A DNA stretch of 63,329 nucleotides, the filler included, from Reticulomyxa filosa (lineage: Eukaryota > Protista > Foraminifera), in NCBI GenBank assembly GCA_000512085.1. It is 20 parts of 20 records of this genome, joined end to end, with 100 filler letters (N's around TTAATTAATTAA, not from the genome) between each part and the next. Parts side by side here need not be neighbours in the genome. Positions count along the whole stretch, not along the records: positions 13,179 to 15,597 come from ASPP01001630.1; positions 15,698 to 17,196 come from ASPP01013011.1; positions 17,297 to 19,326 come from ASPP01028873.1; positions 19,427 to 25,633 come from ASPP01006849.1; positions 25,734 to 27,250 come from ASPP01008928.1; 15 more parts are not named here. One strand, written 5' to 3'. Positions 13,458 through 25,837 of the stretch are shown here, piece after piece (within the stretch, counting starts at the first letter, position 1; each line of letters opens with the position of its first letter). Under the pieces are notes generated by a model. It worked only from the letters and a program-made list of their open reading frames with translations. It had not been told where the DNA came from and searched no databases. The position numbers were made by a program, and so were the translations under genes.

Positions 13458-15697
13458 CAATTTTAATTAAAACATTTTATTTTTTTTTTGGGTCAAAAAT
13501 TTGACTAGTTGTTTTAATTCAAATATAAATTTCATACATTATAAATTGGTTTCTCACTTTATTTGTGCAAGCATAATTTCATGTATTGAAAAAAAAATCA
13601 TAAAAATTCATAATTATGAAAACAACATTCTTCTTATGTCTAAAATATTTGATAATAATTTTATCAAAATAATCAATCCATCCAAAATTTACTTGCAACA
13701 ACTGGATAATACATTTTATTTATTTTTTTCTGAAAATAATAATTTTCAGCAGTTTTATTTTATAAAGATGATCCAGCAAACTAAATGTGGCCGGGAGCTA
13801 CGGTTGACATCTAGTCCACACATTATGTTTATTGAATACTTTCATATCACATTTTAAGAACTATCAAAAAAAAATTTGTTTATTTGAAGATAATGTTACA
13901 ATTCGTGACCAAAATGACTGCATTTCCAAATTTATTACACGGATGATGGTTCTCAATAATGTTTTTTGGGGTTGTTTTTTTTTTTTTACGTTCTTGTCAA
14001 AACAGTATCTTCTTTCTTGTTCAATATGAAAAACATCACACAAATAACACCTTCAATTGATGCATCTACAATTCTGGCTAACAATTCTGGAACTCATACT
14101 GAATCTGGTCGTATTTCGGTGACAAAGCGATTGAAATGAATTTATGTTTCTTGATCAAACATTTGTTTCAACATTTGGATGTGTTATGTTCACCGATTGT
14201 CTAATAGCAATTCCAATAAATTTCCAAGATGCTAAAGGGCAAAATGAGTTGAAAAGCATTTAGTCTCTTGTAATGTTGCAGTCATCTTTGGTGGACTTGT
14301 GGAAGCGTAATTGTTGGTACAATGCACAAACAATTTGCAAAATAAAAAATAGCTCTTAATGATGACTGATTTAAATTTACCTGAAAATAGTCAAACAAAA
14401 AATAGATGAAGATTTACAAAATTATTGGCACAAATATTGGTTATAAAATGTAATGTAAATTTGTTTACAGCGTATGATTTGTGCAATGATAAACGACAGC
14501 TTACCAAAAAAAGTTAAAGAGAACGATTCTAAAAAAAAAAACTACATTGTACATTAATATTTTTAAACACGATATTGAATTGGAAAGCATTGTTTGAGAA
14601 TTTGACCCAATCATAACGATTGAAACAGTTTTATTTTGTATTTGGACAAACGGTCAAAGGATATCATGACATATGTAAAAGCAACGAAATGAAAATTCAA
14701 AAAAAATTGATTTGTATGCAGTAGTATATGCAATTTTTTGTTAATGTCATTTGTGTAAGTATCAATTTGCAATACACATTGTATCGAGAATTTGGCCAAG
14801 TCCTTTCTGCTTATCAGTTGATTACAAGACAACACAAGACATATATTATTATTGCAAAGTACAAATTGTTTATTTATTTGCTTTTTACACAATAAAAGTT
14901 AGTATGACATGTTATCATTGTCTCAATGTCGTCATTTATTTCTTTGTTTGTATATTTGGCCCTTACAAACAGATGTACGATCTCACGTTAAGTTGTATCG
15001 GTGATGATGCTAATGTTAACATTTGCTACTTAGATGCCCTTATTCATTGTAGATATTACGACAAAATTAACGACGCAAGAAGAATTTGTTTTTAGTATAT
15101 CCTTTGTCTTTTTTAAAAATGTAAATATATATATTCTATAATTTTATTTTTATACTTGCAATCAAATTAACTGGGACAGAAAGTTGTAGCAGACAAGTGC
15201 TGTGAGAAAACAAGTAATGTAGTGCATGTAATATAAATCTCTTGAGACAATTCACAAAATACATGTTTATATTCACTTGTTTATTTGTTTTTCTAATATT
15301 CTCTTTATATTCTCTTTTGTCTCATTAGTGGTGGTATAACATGTTTCGTGTGCGGTCTCAACTCAATCAACTCAAGGTTAACGATGCAATTATTCTTTTT
15401 TAGACTGCTTTGGTGCGTAGAATCGATTGTTTGTTAACTCGTTATACCTATACAAAAACATTGCTCATGCACATAAACAAATTGGCGGCGGTATCTTGAT
15501 GGCGTGCAATATTACAAATATCAAACTTTACAACAAGTGGTTATTACATTGCGAGTGGTATATTGTATAACATAACAGACGAAAGCGTTGGATGGGANNN
15601 NNNNNNNNNNNNNNNNNNNNNNNNNNNNNNNNNNNNNNNNNTTAATTAATTAANNNNNNNNNNNNNNNNNNNNNNNNNNNNNNNNNNNNNNNNNNNN

Positions 15698-15737
<40 letters not shown>

Positions 15738-15799
15738 CAAAGTTGAAATAAAAAAATTGCAAGAAAAATCAAAATCAAAATAAAAAAAAAATTAATCAC

Positions 15800-16140
15800 C
15801 TTTGGATTTGCTTTTCACGAACTTCTTTGTTGTCAATGGCCAAAACATTGACCGTCTCTTCTTTTTGTAATCGATATTTGTTGACACCGACAATAATGTC
15901 ATGGCCACTGTCAATTTTGGCTTGCTTGTGAGCAGCAGCCTCTTCGATTTTTAGTTTTGCCATTCCGGAATCAATGGCTGCACGCATGCCTCCTTGGCTT
16001 TCCACTTCTTCAATGATCGCCAGTGCCTATTTTATCATACATTTTTTGTCAATTTGTAATATTTTATCAGCGATTTTTTTTTTAAAAAATATTATTTATA
16101 ATTTATAATTTATGATTTATTATTCATTTATTATTATTTG

Positions 16141-16181
<41 letters not shown>

Positions 16182-16658
16182 AAAAAGAAACCCCCTTCTC
16201 TTGTTTGTGTTAATACCTTTTTCTCGAGTTCGTCAGTCAAGGCCTCCATCATGTAGGATCCTCCCCATGGATCGGCGACACGACAGATGTGTGTTTCATC
16301 TTGGATGATAGTTGCGTGTTTCGGGCGATCCTGGCACTTGTGGCGGTGGGCAGCCCCAAGGCCTCGTCGAAGCTGTTGGTGTGCAACGACTGGGTACCTC
16401 CCAGCACGGCCGCCATGGCCTCAATGGTGGTGCGGATGATGTTGTTGTAGGGATCCTGTTCCGTCAATGACCATCCGCTCGTTTGGCAGTGTGTTCGGAG
16501 TAACAGTGACTTGGAGTTTTTGCACTTCATTTTTTCTTTCATCAGTTTGGCCCACACGCGTCGAGCCGCTCTTAACTTGGCTATTTCCATATAAAAGTTC
16601 ATCGATACCCCCCAAAAGAACGAAAATCGGCTGGCCACCGCATCACTGTTTTCCAGCG

Positions 16659-16689
<31 letters not shown>

Positions 16690-17155
16690 TGAGTGAATTT
16701 TTATCAAATTAGTTTTATAACCCCTCTCTCTCTTCATCATCAAAAAAAAAAAAAAAAAAAAAAAGTTTACGAAACATGTCCAATCCGGCATTTTTAGCAC
16801 ATCGAGCATATTCCAAACCATCGGCAATAGTGAAGGCCATTTCCAAAGCAGCATCGGCGCCAGCCTCTTGCATGTGGTATCCACTAATGGAAATGCTATT
16901 GAACTTGGGTGCATGGTCGTGTAGCCAGCCCATGACGTCACTGATAATTCGCAACGACGGTTCCGGCGGGTAAATGTAAGTGTTGCGTGTCAAAAACTCC
17001 TTCAATATGTCGTTTTGAATGGTTCCGGTCAACTTCTTGCTGTTCACGCCTTGTTCTTCCGCCGTCACCACATACATTGCCATTATTGGGATCACCGCTC
17101 CGTTCATTGTCATTGACACTGACATTTGATCCAATGGAATACCATCAAACAATAT
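15800..17155 (-). CDS. MMUT: Methylmalonyl-CoA mutase (adenosylcobalamin-dependent), three internal exons, one 1-nt frameshift
   Basis: Exons 17155-16776, 16645-16217 and 16026-15800. Motifs [104 protein letters not shown] and IVGVNKY. The middle exon is one base short at 16309/16310. Confidence 0.97.
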
Positions 17156-17156
17156 C

Positions 17157-17196
<40 letters not shown>

Positions 17197-17948
17197 NNNN
17201 NNNNNNNNNNNNNNNNNNNNNNNNNNNNNNNNNNNNNNNNTTAATTAATTAANNNNNNNNNNNNNNNNNNNNNNNNNNNNNNNNNNNNNNNNNNNNACAC
17301 AAAAAGTTTTCTAAATTTTTAATTTTGATGATTGATTACAAGGATATTGTGAATTGAGAAAAAAAATAACTCAACATTTGAAAAACAGTGCAAGAAGGAC
17401 AAAAATAAACAAAAAACAAGGGAAAAAAATAATGACAAAGCTTGTAACAGAAAAAGATAATAGTATCCACTGATTTCAGTTGTTTAATCTCATCATATAT
17501 TTGTTATCTGATTATTGCAATTATATTGTCACACACATACACACGGAGTATTTAAATACTAATTCATATCTTTTATTTTCCCTTTAAAATTTAAAATTAA
17601 ATATCTTCATCTGTTTATTCTTCTTCTTTCTTCATATGACATTTAATTTATTAATTTGTCTTTACTTTAAAATTCTGATAATCATCATGAAGTCGAATAG
17701 GATATGCACTGTTATTGTCGTTGAGGGAATTGTTTTAAACAATTCTCTCCAGTGATCAATGTTGAAAACAATTAATTTCAACTGAATTATTTGCACAAAT
17801 AAAATGACTAATTTGTTCAATTGACCAAAAGGAACTGGAGCTACTTTAGTTTCAACAAATCTTTGTTTTTCTTTCTAATTTTCATCTTCGACTTTACTCA
17901 TGTTTTTTTTCCCTTTGCTTTGGTTTGTTTATTTCGTTGAAGGTAATA

Positions 17949-18076
17949 CAGTAGGTTGCAAAGAAAATTGAACACCTAAAACGATATCTTATGATGATAA
18001 TTGATTTTTCATAGAGAAAATCAATTATCATCATAAGATATAGCTTTGGGCGTTCAGTTTTCTTTGCAATCTACTG
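17949..18076. mobile_element. 128-bp fully palindromic (foldback) MITE with CAGT termini and TA target-site duplication
   Basis: TA (17947-48) CAGTAGGTTGCAAAGAAAATTGAACACC... through ...GTTCAGTTTTCTTTGCAATCTACTG TA (18077-78). The ~60-bp arms differ at 6 positions, around an ~8-nt centre. Confidence 0.85.
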
Positions 18077-19426
18077 TAGTTCATTGGATCATGATAAATT
18101 TTTTTTCTGTTTACACACATAATTCAATTTTTATAAAAGAATATTTGCATTTTCATTTTAACCATTAGCATTATTATATTATTAGATATATTAAATAATA
18201 ATTTATTATCTTTGACATAATTATAAACATTTATAATTACTTTTCTTCATTAATAAAAAACACAAAAAATAAGTTAAACATTTTCCATTTTACATCATTG
18301 AAAAAATGACAACTCTTATCAATGATGAAAAAAGTAAAAATAAACAAATATAAATTTATTATTTTTTATTTCATTCATCATCCAAATTAATTATTTTAAA
18401 ATTATTTATGTTGTTTGATTTATTTAAGTTACTTGATGTCTCAAATGGATTGAAAAAAGCAATTATTTGCAAATATCTTTTTTTTGTATTATCAACCCAA
18501 TTGGAAAAGAGAATAAATTATTTTTTTTATTAATATTTCATTTGTTGACTGATTTTTTTAAAAAATAAAATGACAAGTACTCAATGTTTCAAAGGATTAC
18601 AATACAATTGTTTCTTTTCATATTTCTTAATATTAAATGAACATCAATTGTTTATTTTTATGCATAATCTAAGCAAACATGATTTTTTCCAATAAAATCA
18701 ATTACAACATAGCAATAACTGACGAACAGAAATACTATTAAGATACAATGCGTGGAAGTACAAACAAAGTAAAAGGTGATAGTAAATCAAATACATTGAA
18801 TGAATCATCACCACATATTTTCAGTCACTCAGTATTGATGAATTTACTCTCGAGACAATTGAAAGTTCCATATAAATAGTATTGGAACAATCACTTATTG
18901 CAAAAGCAAATATGTACATCATTCAAACAGGAGCATTTTATCATCGTGATGCATTCAAATTTCCAAAACTTCAAAGAAATTGATAAGAAATGGGTTCGAT
19001 TTTATTTTGACACTAATGTATTTCATTGTCAAGTCATCCCTTCTTTGTCTCATATTTCTTAAATTGTAAATTATTGAACATTCATTTGGAAGGATAACAC
19101 ACAACAATTGTATGACTTTTGTCTCAACAGCTTGTTTAATACATTTTGTCACAAATTCAATTTTGAAAGTGAAGAATCAACATGGTGATTAAGAGTATAA
19201 ATGAAAAAACTGATCATCATACTTTTCCTTCTTTTCATTTTATCAAAAAAAAAAAAAATATCATCTTTCAATTGAAAGTTATTTTTAAATTGGAGTTGCA
19301 TCTGTACCATTTTCATTTTAATTTTTNNNNNNNNNNNNNNNNNNNNNNNNNNNNNNNNNNNNNNNNNNNNTTAATTAATTAANNNNNNNNNNNNNNNNNN
19401 NNNNNNNNNNNNNNNNNNNNNNNNNN

Positions 19427-22400
19427 GCTTGTGGCTGTGACGCTTGAGGCCTGCTAAGCCCTTCCATGGCTTTTACGCTGTCGGCATAACTACGATCTGC
19501 CAAAGCGGCTTCAAACAATCTTTTCCAGGTGAGAGGGTCCAAAGGCTTCAAAGCATCATGTTTGTCCTTGAAAGCACCGCTCAACTCAGAAGGGAGTTGC
19601 TTTTTGCATGCAAAGCAGAGCAAAATTTGTTCCAATATGTTTAATTTCATAAACTTGCCCATATTCAAATATTTTTCCAAGACTTTTGCATCACCCAAGA
19701 GCCACTCATCAATGAACGTTTTGTGTACTTTGGACTGCAACAAAGGTTTGATGTATTCTTCAAAAAAGGGACGATCTTTGCAATACATGAAAAAGTTGAA
19801 CTCATGACACATGTACTTGTTCCATTTCTTTAATTTTTGGGAAAGTTCATACGTTTGCCATTCATAGAGGAATGACCATTCATCTAGTCCTTTGTTACTG
19901 CTCAGAGTCTTGAACAACCCAAACAAACTTTCAATGCTGTCAAACACTTCACCTTGCGATACTTTGAAATCATGAATCACGACCTTGTCACTCTTTGCAT
20001 CTCGCAGCAATTCAATTTCTCGTTTCTCCATAAAATGTTTCGACGGATCCAGTCCTGGAAACATGCGTCCATCTTGATATTTGTACTGCTTTGATTTGTT
20101 GTTCAATACATGCATTGCAGTGCTGTACTGCTTGTCATCCATGGCCACAATGGTCCATACATTGTGATTTTCGTTGACAAAGTCCTTTGGAAGTTGCACG
20201 TACCACAAGTCTTTGGCTTTTTCATCTTTTCGACAGACCAGATTGTACACACCAGTTCCTGGAAAGTTGCCCAAAAATTCCAATACAGGCCACTGTCCAT
20301 TGGATCTCAAGGCCTCGGCTTTGGACACAACCGTGCTGCCTGCACTTTGTGTCACTGTATCATTGTACGATTTTCTTTCGATTTGCCCACCTTCTTTCGC
20401 GTCTTGCGTGCGGTTTTGGTGGACTTATCACTAAATGGACGAATCAACAGCGATGGTTTTTGCAAGTTGTTGCCAATGCACTTGTAGGCCGTGGCTCGCT
20501 CCAACACGTATCGATACTCTTCGCTAATGTCACGTGGACGACAATACATGGACGGGTTCGTCGAGTACGAGCTCACGTCACTTTCACGGGCGGCAATATT
20601 TCTTATTTCATTAAAGACTGGGAATCCAGGTATCAAATGAGTCGAATACACATGCACTCGTGTCCATTTCTCGTTCACGCCTTTCAAGTAGATGCGGCCG
20701 TCGGTTTCGTCGACGTGCGCAAGTTGCAATGGCGTGGTTTCACTCAATTGATAACACCTGTCTCTGGTGAGACAATACAAACTCTTGTCCGTTTTCAAGA
20801 GCGTGCTCTCTTCCGAGGCAATCACGTTGATGGTGCACGATATCAGATCGGAATCTCCTCGCAGCACGTACGTGCCAGAGGGTAGACCTTGGATGACGAT
20901 TGCGTTGTCTTGGTAAGACACTTTGTCGCTGTAATCATTCGCGTAATTCGAGTCCCACAGCAACAATCGAATGTCTTTAGCTCTTCGAGGAATGAAATAG
21001 GGAATATAAAATTCTGACTTTCCAACACGTAATAGTTGTTCAAATTCAAGCATTGATCAGTGCACAACGACCACTCTGCACCTTGGTTCACTCCCGCCAC
21101 CTGGACACGAATGTGGCTCACGCCACTGGCGTCTTGTACGTCAATAAACCCATTTTCATCCGATTGCGCTTCTACGTAAATCTCGTCCTTGTATAGGTAA
21201 TGTCGAAAATACACAGAGCACTTGATATGGGGAATGCTTTCTCCATTCTTTCCAGTGATCCAAATCTTGTAATGATTTTTATCTTGCTGCGGCATTAAGT
21301 GCATTTCGATGATGGCATCATTGACCTTGTTGATGCTGTTGATCACATACTGCTGTGATTTTGATACATTTTCCACAGACCCGTCACTTTTCACAATCTG
21401 CGCTTTGAATTCCATGCGCAAGCTGTTTGTCTCATTTGGAATGACGGCCTTCACGATACAATCTTTGTTGTCATGAATTTCCAGTCCTTTGAACATCTTG
21501 CGTGCAGGGACACCATCTTTCGTGTCAAAGTTTACATCCAAGGACACCTCTTTCAACAACTCTTTCGCCGATGTGACCACCCCATTCACAAACAATTGGT
21601 TGCGAATCAAAATGTCGCACGTGTTCTTGTCCAGCATTTGCTCGCGTTCGACAAAGATGCTTGTGTTCAATTGATAGCGCTCGCATATATGCGTAAACTC
21701 ACTCAACACACAGGTTGTTTCAATATTCCAGTCTTTGTTGTATAATATGATCTTCTTCTTTTGATCAACTGCTCCTGATTTTTTATTATAAGGAACGCAA
21801 ATCTCGTGTGTGTCTTTATGTGTTTCATAACGAATACCGTCAACCACGATTCCACCATTCTTTATTACTTGGTTGTTTTCATCAAATAATTTGAAGATAT
21901 GGCCACTTATTTTTATTTTTATTTTGTTTGTTTGTTTATTGCATCAAAGTTTGTGCAAAGATTTTTTTTAATGCATGTACCACAACATGCGTAGGGATGA
22001 CCTTTTTAAAGAATCACAGAAATACAAACTAAAAGAATACGTCCTCGAATATTGAGAAAAAAACTTAACCTGCTCGACTTGCGCTCGACACATTTCATGT
22101 TACCTTTTCGGATGACTGCACGACAATGCTTTCCATTGCCAATGCAGTCAATAAAGAACACGCCTCGAGAATTGGCCAATTCCTCAAATGTGATTTCCAA
22201 GTGTCGAATGTGAAATGGTGTTGTGAAATTGTCGACAGCAATCTCTCTGTCTTTGTAGGCGCTTTGCAAACCTTCCAAATTCAAATCTGTTGCTACTTCT
22301 TTCAATTCCTTGGTATAGTATTGCATCGTTTGAATGCCAAATGCTTTTACCAGCACCTTCTTCACATTTTTTACACATAATCGTATCGTCACCGAGTCTT

Positions 22401-24540
22401 TCACTGTCAGATTTTTCTCATTGTCTTTATCAAATTCCAACAGCACCTCATCCTTCCACGTGTTCAAATAACTTGTTCCTCTCATCTCTGCCAATACCGA
22501 GTATGCTTCCGCATTGGTTTTTTCATTGCCTGATGTTATCTCTGTCTCTGCTTGGAATTGTCGCAAAATGCGAAGATCAATGTATGGGCGCAAGTTACTG
22601 ACAACAGCCTAGCAGTTAAAAAAAATTTGTACGTATACTTTTTTTTTTAACTACATAAAAGAAAAAAAAATTCGTTTTTATTTGTTTCTTTTAACTTTTG
22701 ATTTGCAGTCGATAATTTTACGTTCATTTTTCTCATTTTCGTTATTTTCTGGCATTTTTTCTTCTTTTCGGCCAGTGCGGGTTTCTCGTTCTTTTCTCTC
22801 TTGTTCTCTTCTCTCTTGTTGAATTTTTTTGTACATTGCTTCCAAAACGTTTAGCTTTTCCTAAAATTTTTTTTAAAAAAATGTTAATTTTGTTGGCTAA
22901 ATGCATACTTAAAAGAAACATGCCTGGTCTTGGCTCATTTGATTCAATAAATCAGTTGGTAAATCTGCTTCCATCTTCTCTGGATGCTTCATTTATTTAT
23001 TTTATTTTGTTTTTGTCTTGTAATGATACAAAAATAAAGATTCTTTTAAAGAAAACACACACACAAAAACAAACTTGCAAAAAGTATTTAATGCCAGCAG
23101 TGACGAGATCATTGTCATCCCTTAAAGGAGGTATTTTATCGAAATTGCGATAGTTGTCAACGAAATCACCAAAGCCGATCATGACAGGTCGTTCTTCCTG
23201 CAGTGTAGAATTATCTCCATGTCGTTTCACACACGCGTTATACATTTGAACAATGTTAGTGTTGTAATTAGCATTTTTCGGAATGCGCAGATATTCCATA
23301 AAGAGTCGAGGATTGAACGTTCCCTGTTTAATTGTGTATGTGTATATTATTGAGCTTAATTTGTTTAATCACTTTTTTTTCTTTTAAAAAAAAACAACGT
23401 TTGAGTCCCATTAAAAAAAAAAAAAAAAAAAACGATACATTGGGAAAACAAAAAACATACATTGGTATTGTATTGAAATTGAATCAGGTAAAATAGCAAT
23501 TGTCCTTTGATAGTGGAATGACACGAATTCTTGGTCCATTTGGAAATGAAAGTCAGGATGAAGTCATGAAAAGTTCGGCTAATGTCACGTGGCATACTTT
23601 CGGCATCAATTTTGTTATTTTGGTAATAATTTTGGCAAGAAATGGGCATATTTTTAACAAAGTAATTTTTCAAAAAGGCATTGTTATTAATCAAATCGGG
23701 TCGAAGTGCCAACAAATCTTGCATTTGAGACAACGTCAGTTGATGATGAGCCCAACGGTCTCCAAACGACACAAACGCGAGTTCATGTGCAATGAGCTTC
23801 ATCAGGTCCACTTTACTGCTCTGACTTAACAGATACAACGAGTACGAATTATTCAAAATCTCTCCAATCAATTGTCGATATCTGCGTTTGTTTTGATTCG
23901 AATTGTCATTGGTTCCTTCATAACTACTAGCCTCAATTATCGCGGAAAAGCGTTCGTTGGTGCATACGTATTCTATGATCGCCGATACGTTGAAATAACT
24001 ACTCAATGATGGCGAATAGTTGCTCAAACAATACTGCATGTTTGCTTCCAATTTTTGGGGTATGCCCAATGACTTTATGATGCTGCTTTTGTCATCTTTC
24101 TTCTCTTCTTTCTTTGCGCTTAGTACGTTGAGAACTGGTTTTACTCGTTTCGAGTGTGTTGAATACCCAAACTGATCACGGAAAAATTCCCACAAACTCT
24201 TTTTCAAGTCCGCATCTTCTTTCGACCCATTCTCATTTTTTTCTAATACATGCAAAAAATGCAGCTCATTGCGCTTCATCATGTTCTTCAACCTCGAATT
24301 GAAATTAAATTGGCTTTGATCCCGAATTTCTTTATGCAACTTTTGCATCGCCTCACCAATTTCTTTTTTTGATTTCAAAGAACCTGCATCTGCTTCGATT
24401 ACCGCATTTTCGTTCAGCAGCTTGTAGTAATAGTAGTCCTCACTTCCTTTTACCAACTCCTTCAGCAACTCCTCACGATTCTCGCTGTAGACATAACGCT
24501 CTAAAAACCCTATTGGTGATACTTGTGGGTCAACGTCCAT
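19427..24540 (-). CDS. Very large conserved protein (>1400 aa, 3' truncated); resembles Dictyostelium AbpF-type / planctomycete giant hypothetical proteins
   Basis: Exons 24540-23461, 23323-23075, 22986-22924, 22860-22696, 22608-22070 and 21905-19427 splice in frame, apart from two 1-nt deficits (~21010, ~20410). Motifs IGFLERY...LVKGSEDYYYY, IRKG...ER...GHIFKLFDE, EEYRYVLER...GNNLQKPSLL.RP and CHEFNFFMYCKD..FF...KTFIDEWLL. The gene model is strong; the family name is from recall only. Confidence 0.75.
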
Positions 24541-24747
24541 TTTTGGTCAATGCAGATCCAAACTGTTTTTTTGTTTTTTTGCAAAAGAAACTCAACTCTC
24601 CCTTGACTGCTTTTTGATTTTTACTTCTTATTTAAAGAAATCGCAAACTTTTTGGCTTTACTCACACTGTTCAAGACCTTTTAGGACTATTGCTATTGCT
24701 TTTTACTTAGTCCGAAATAGTCTTGTTTCGTTGTCAAACGAATATAG

Positions 24748-25580
24748 TCAGGCCAATGTAAAAAAACTTTCGATCATTATTTTCAAACGGAGTTTTATGG
24801 CAGCAAATAAAAATGGATCAATTAAATGTAGTAGGGGCAGAATGTGGCTTTCAAAAGTTTGACACTTTTGTCCTTGATATAAACAAAAATGTATAAACAC
24901 TACAATGAACCAAATATCATTAAATTCTTCTGACAAAAAAAATTTATCTTTTTTTATTGGTTTATATTCATCCAATAATAGATAAGGGCTATCAAGAGTA
25001 TCATTCATCTCCATATTTGGATAAGAGAGTTCTGTTTTGATGGTTTTATGTAAGATGTTGTTTGTGAAGACTTCAAAGAAGCGCAAGCAGCAAGAGTGAG
25101 CACTACACGTGACCGGGGTCTGATTGTCACGTGATTTGTTGGTGCACTTGCACTCACAGAAAATGTAATAAAACGTATTTGCAAATGAAGAACATAGCAA
25201 AATGCAAATGGAATTGATAACAGTAGCAACATTGTCGAAATAGAAGGGCGGTCCAACATAATGATTAGTAGAGTCTGCAGTGGTCCATTCCCAATACAGC
25301 CATACCAGTCCAAAGAGGGCGTCACTCGTCAGTGCGATCGTACATAAGAGCAGGGACTTTGTCATCACTCTTAAAAAATCAGCGGAGCTATCTGTCTCTT
25401 TTCTCCTCTTTTCCACAGTATCACGGTGTTTATTAGGTTTCGAAGCACTCGTGCTATTCCTTGTAATATCGAAGCTTTTGGTTATTGGATCATCTACACT
25501 CAAGTTCGAAAGTGAGTTGGAACGTTGCATCTCTTCCATTTGTGTGTTTTGTTCGACCCTAATTTTTTGATTGGTTGACT
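24748..25580 (-). CDS. Membrane protein, C-terminal part with two TM helices and a Cys-rich tail (7TM/GPCR-like TM6-TM7 pattern)
   Basis: A long polar loop is followed by hydrophobic VMTKSLLLCTIALTSDALFGLVWLY and VATVINSICILLCSSFA, then YYIFCECKC...HSCC. A-rich acceptor near 25580. Confidence 0.55.
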
Positions 25581-25837
25581 TTTCTTTTTTTTTTTTTTGA
25601 GAATAAATGGGGGTGCATGTTCTTTTTTTTTTTNNNNNNNNNNNNNNNNNNNNNNNNNNNNNNNNNNNNNNNNNNNNTTAATTAATTAANNNNNNNNNNN
25701 NNNNNNNNNNNNNNNNNNNNNNNNNNNNNNNNNTATGTATATATGTAATAATCAATAAGGCGCATAGGTGATATTGACTTATACATGTTTTGTTTGTTTT
25801 GATTGATTGATTTGGGGGGTCGGGGCGCCAACTACAG

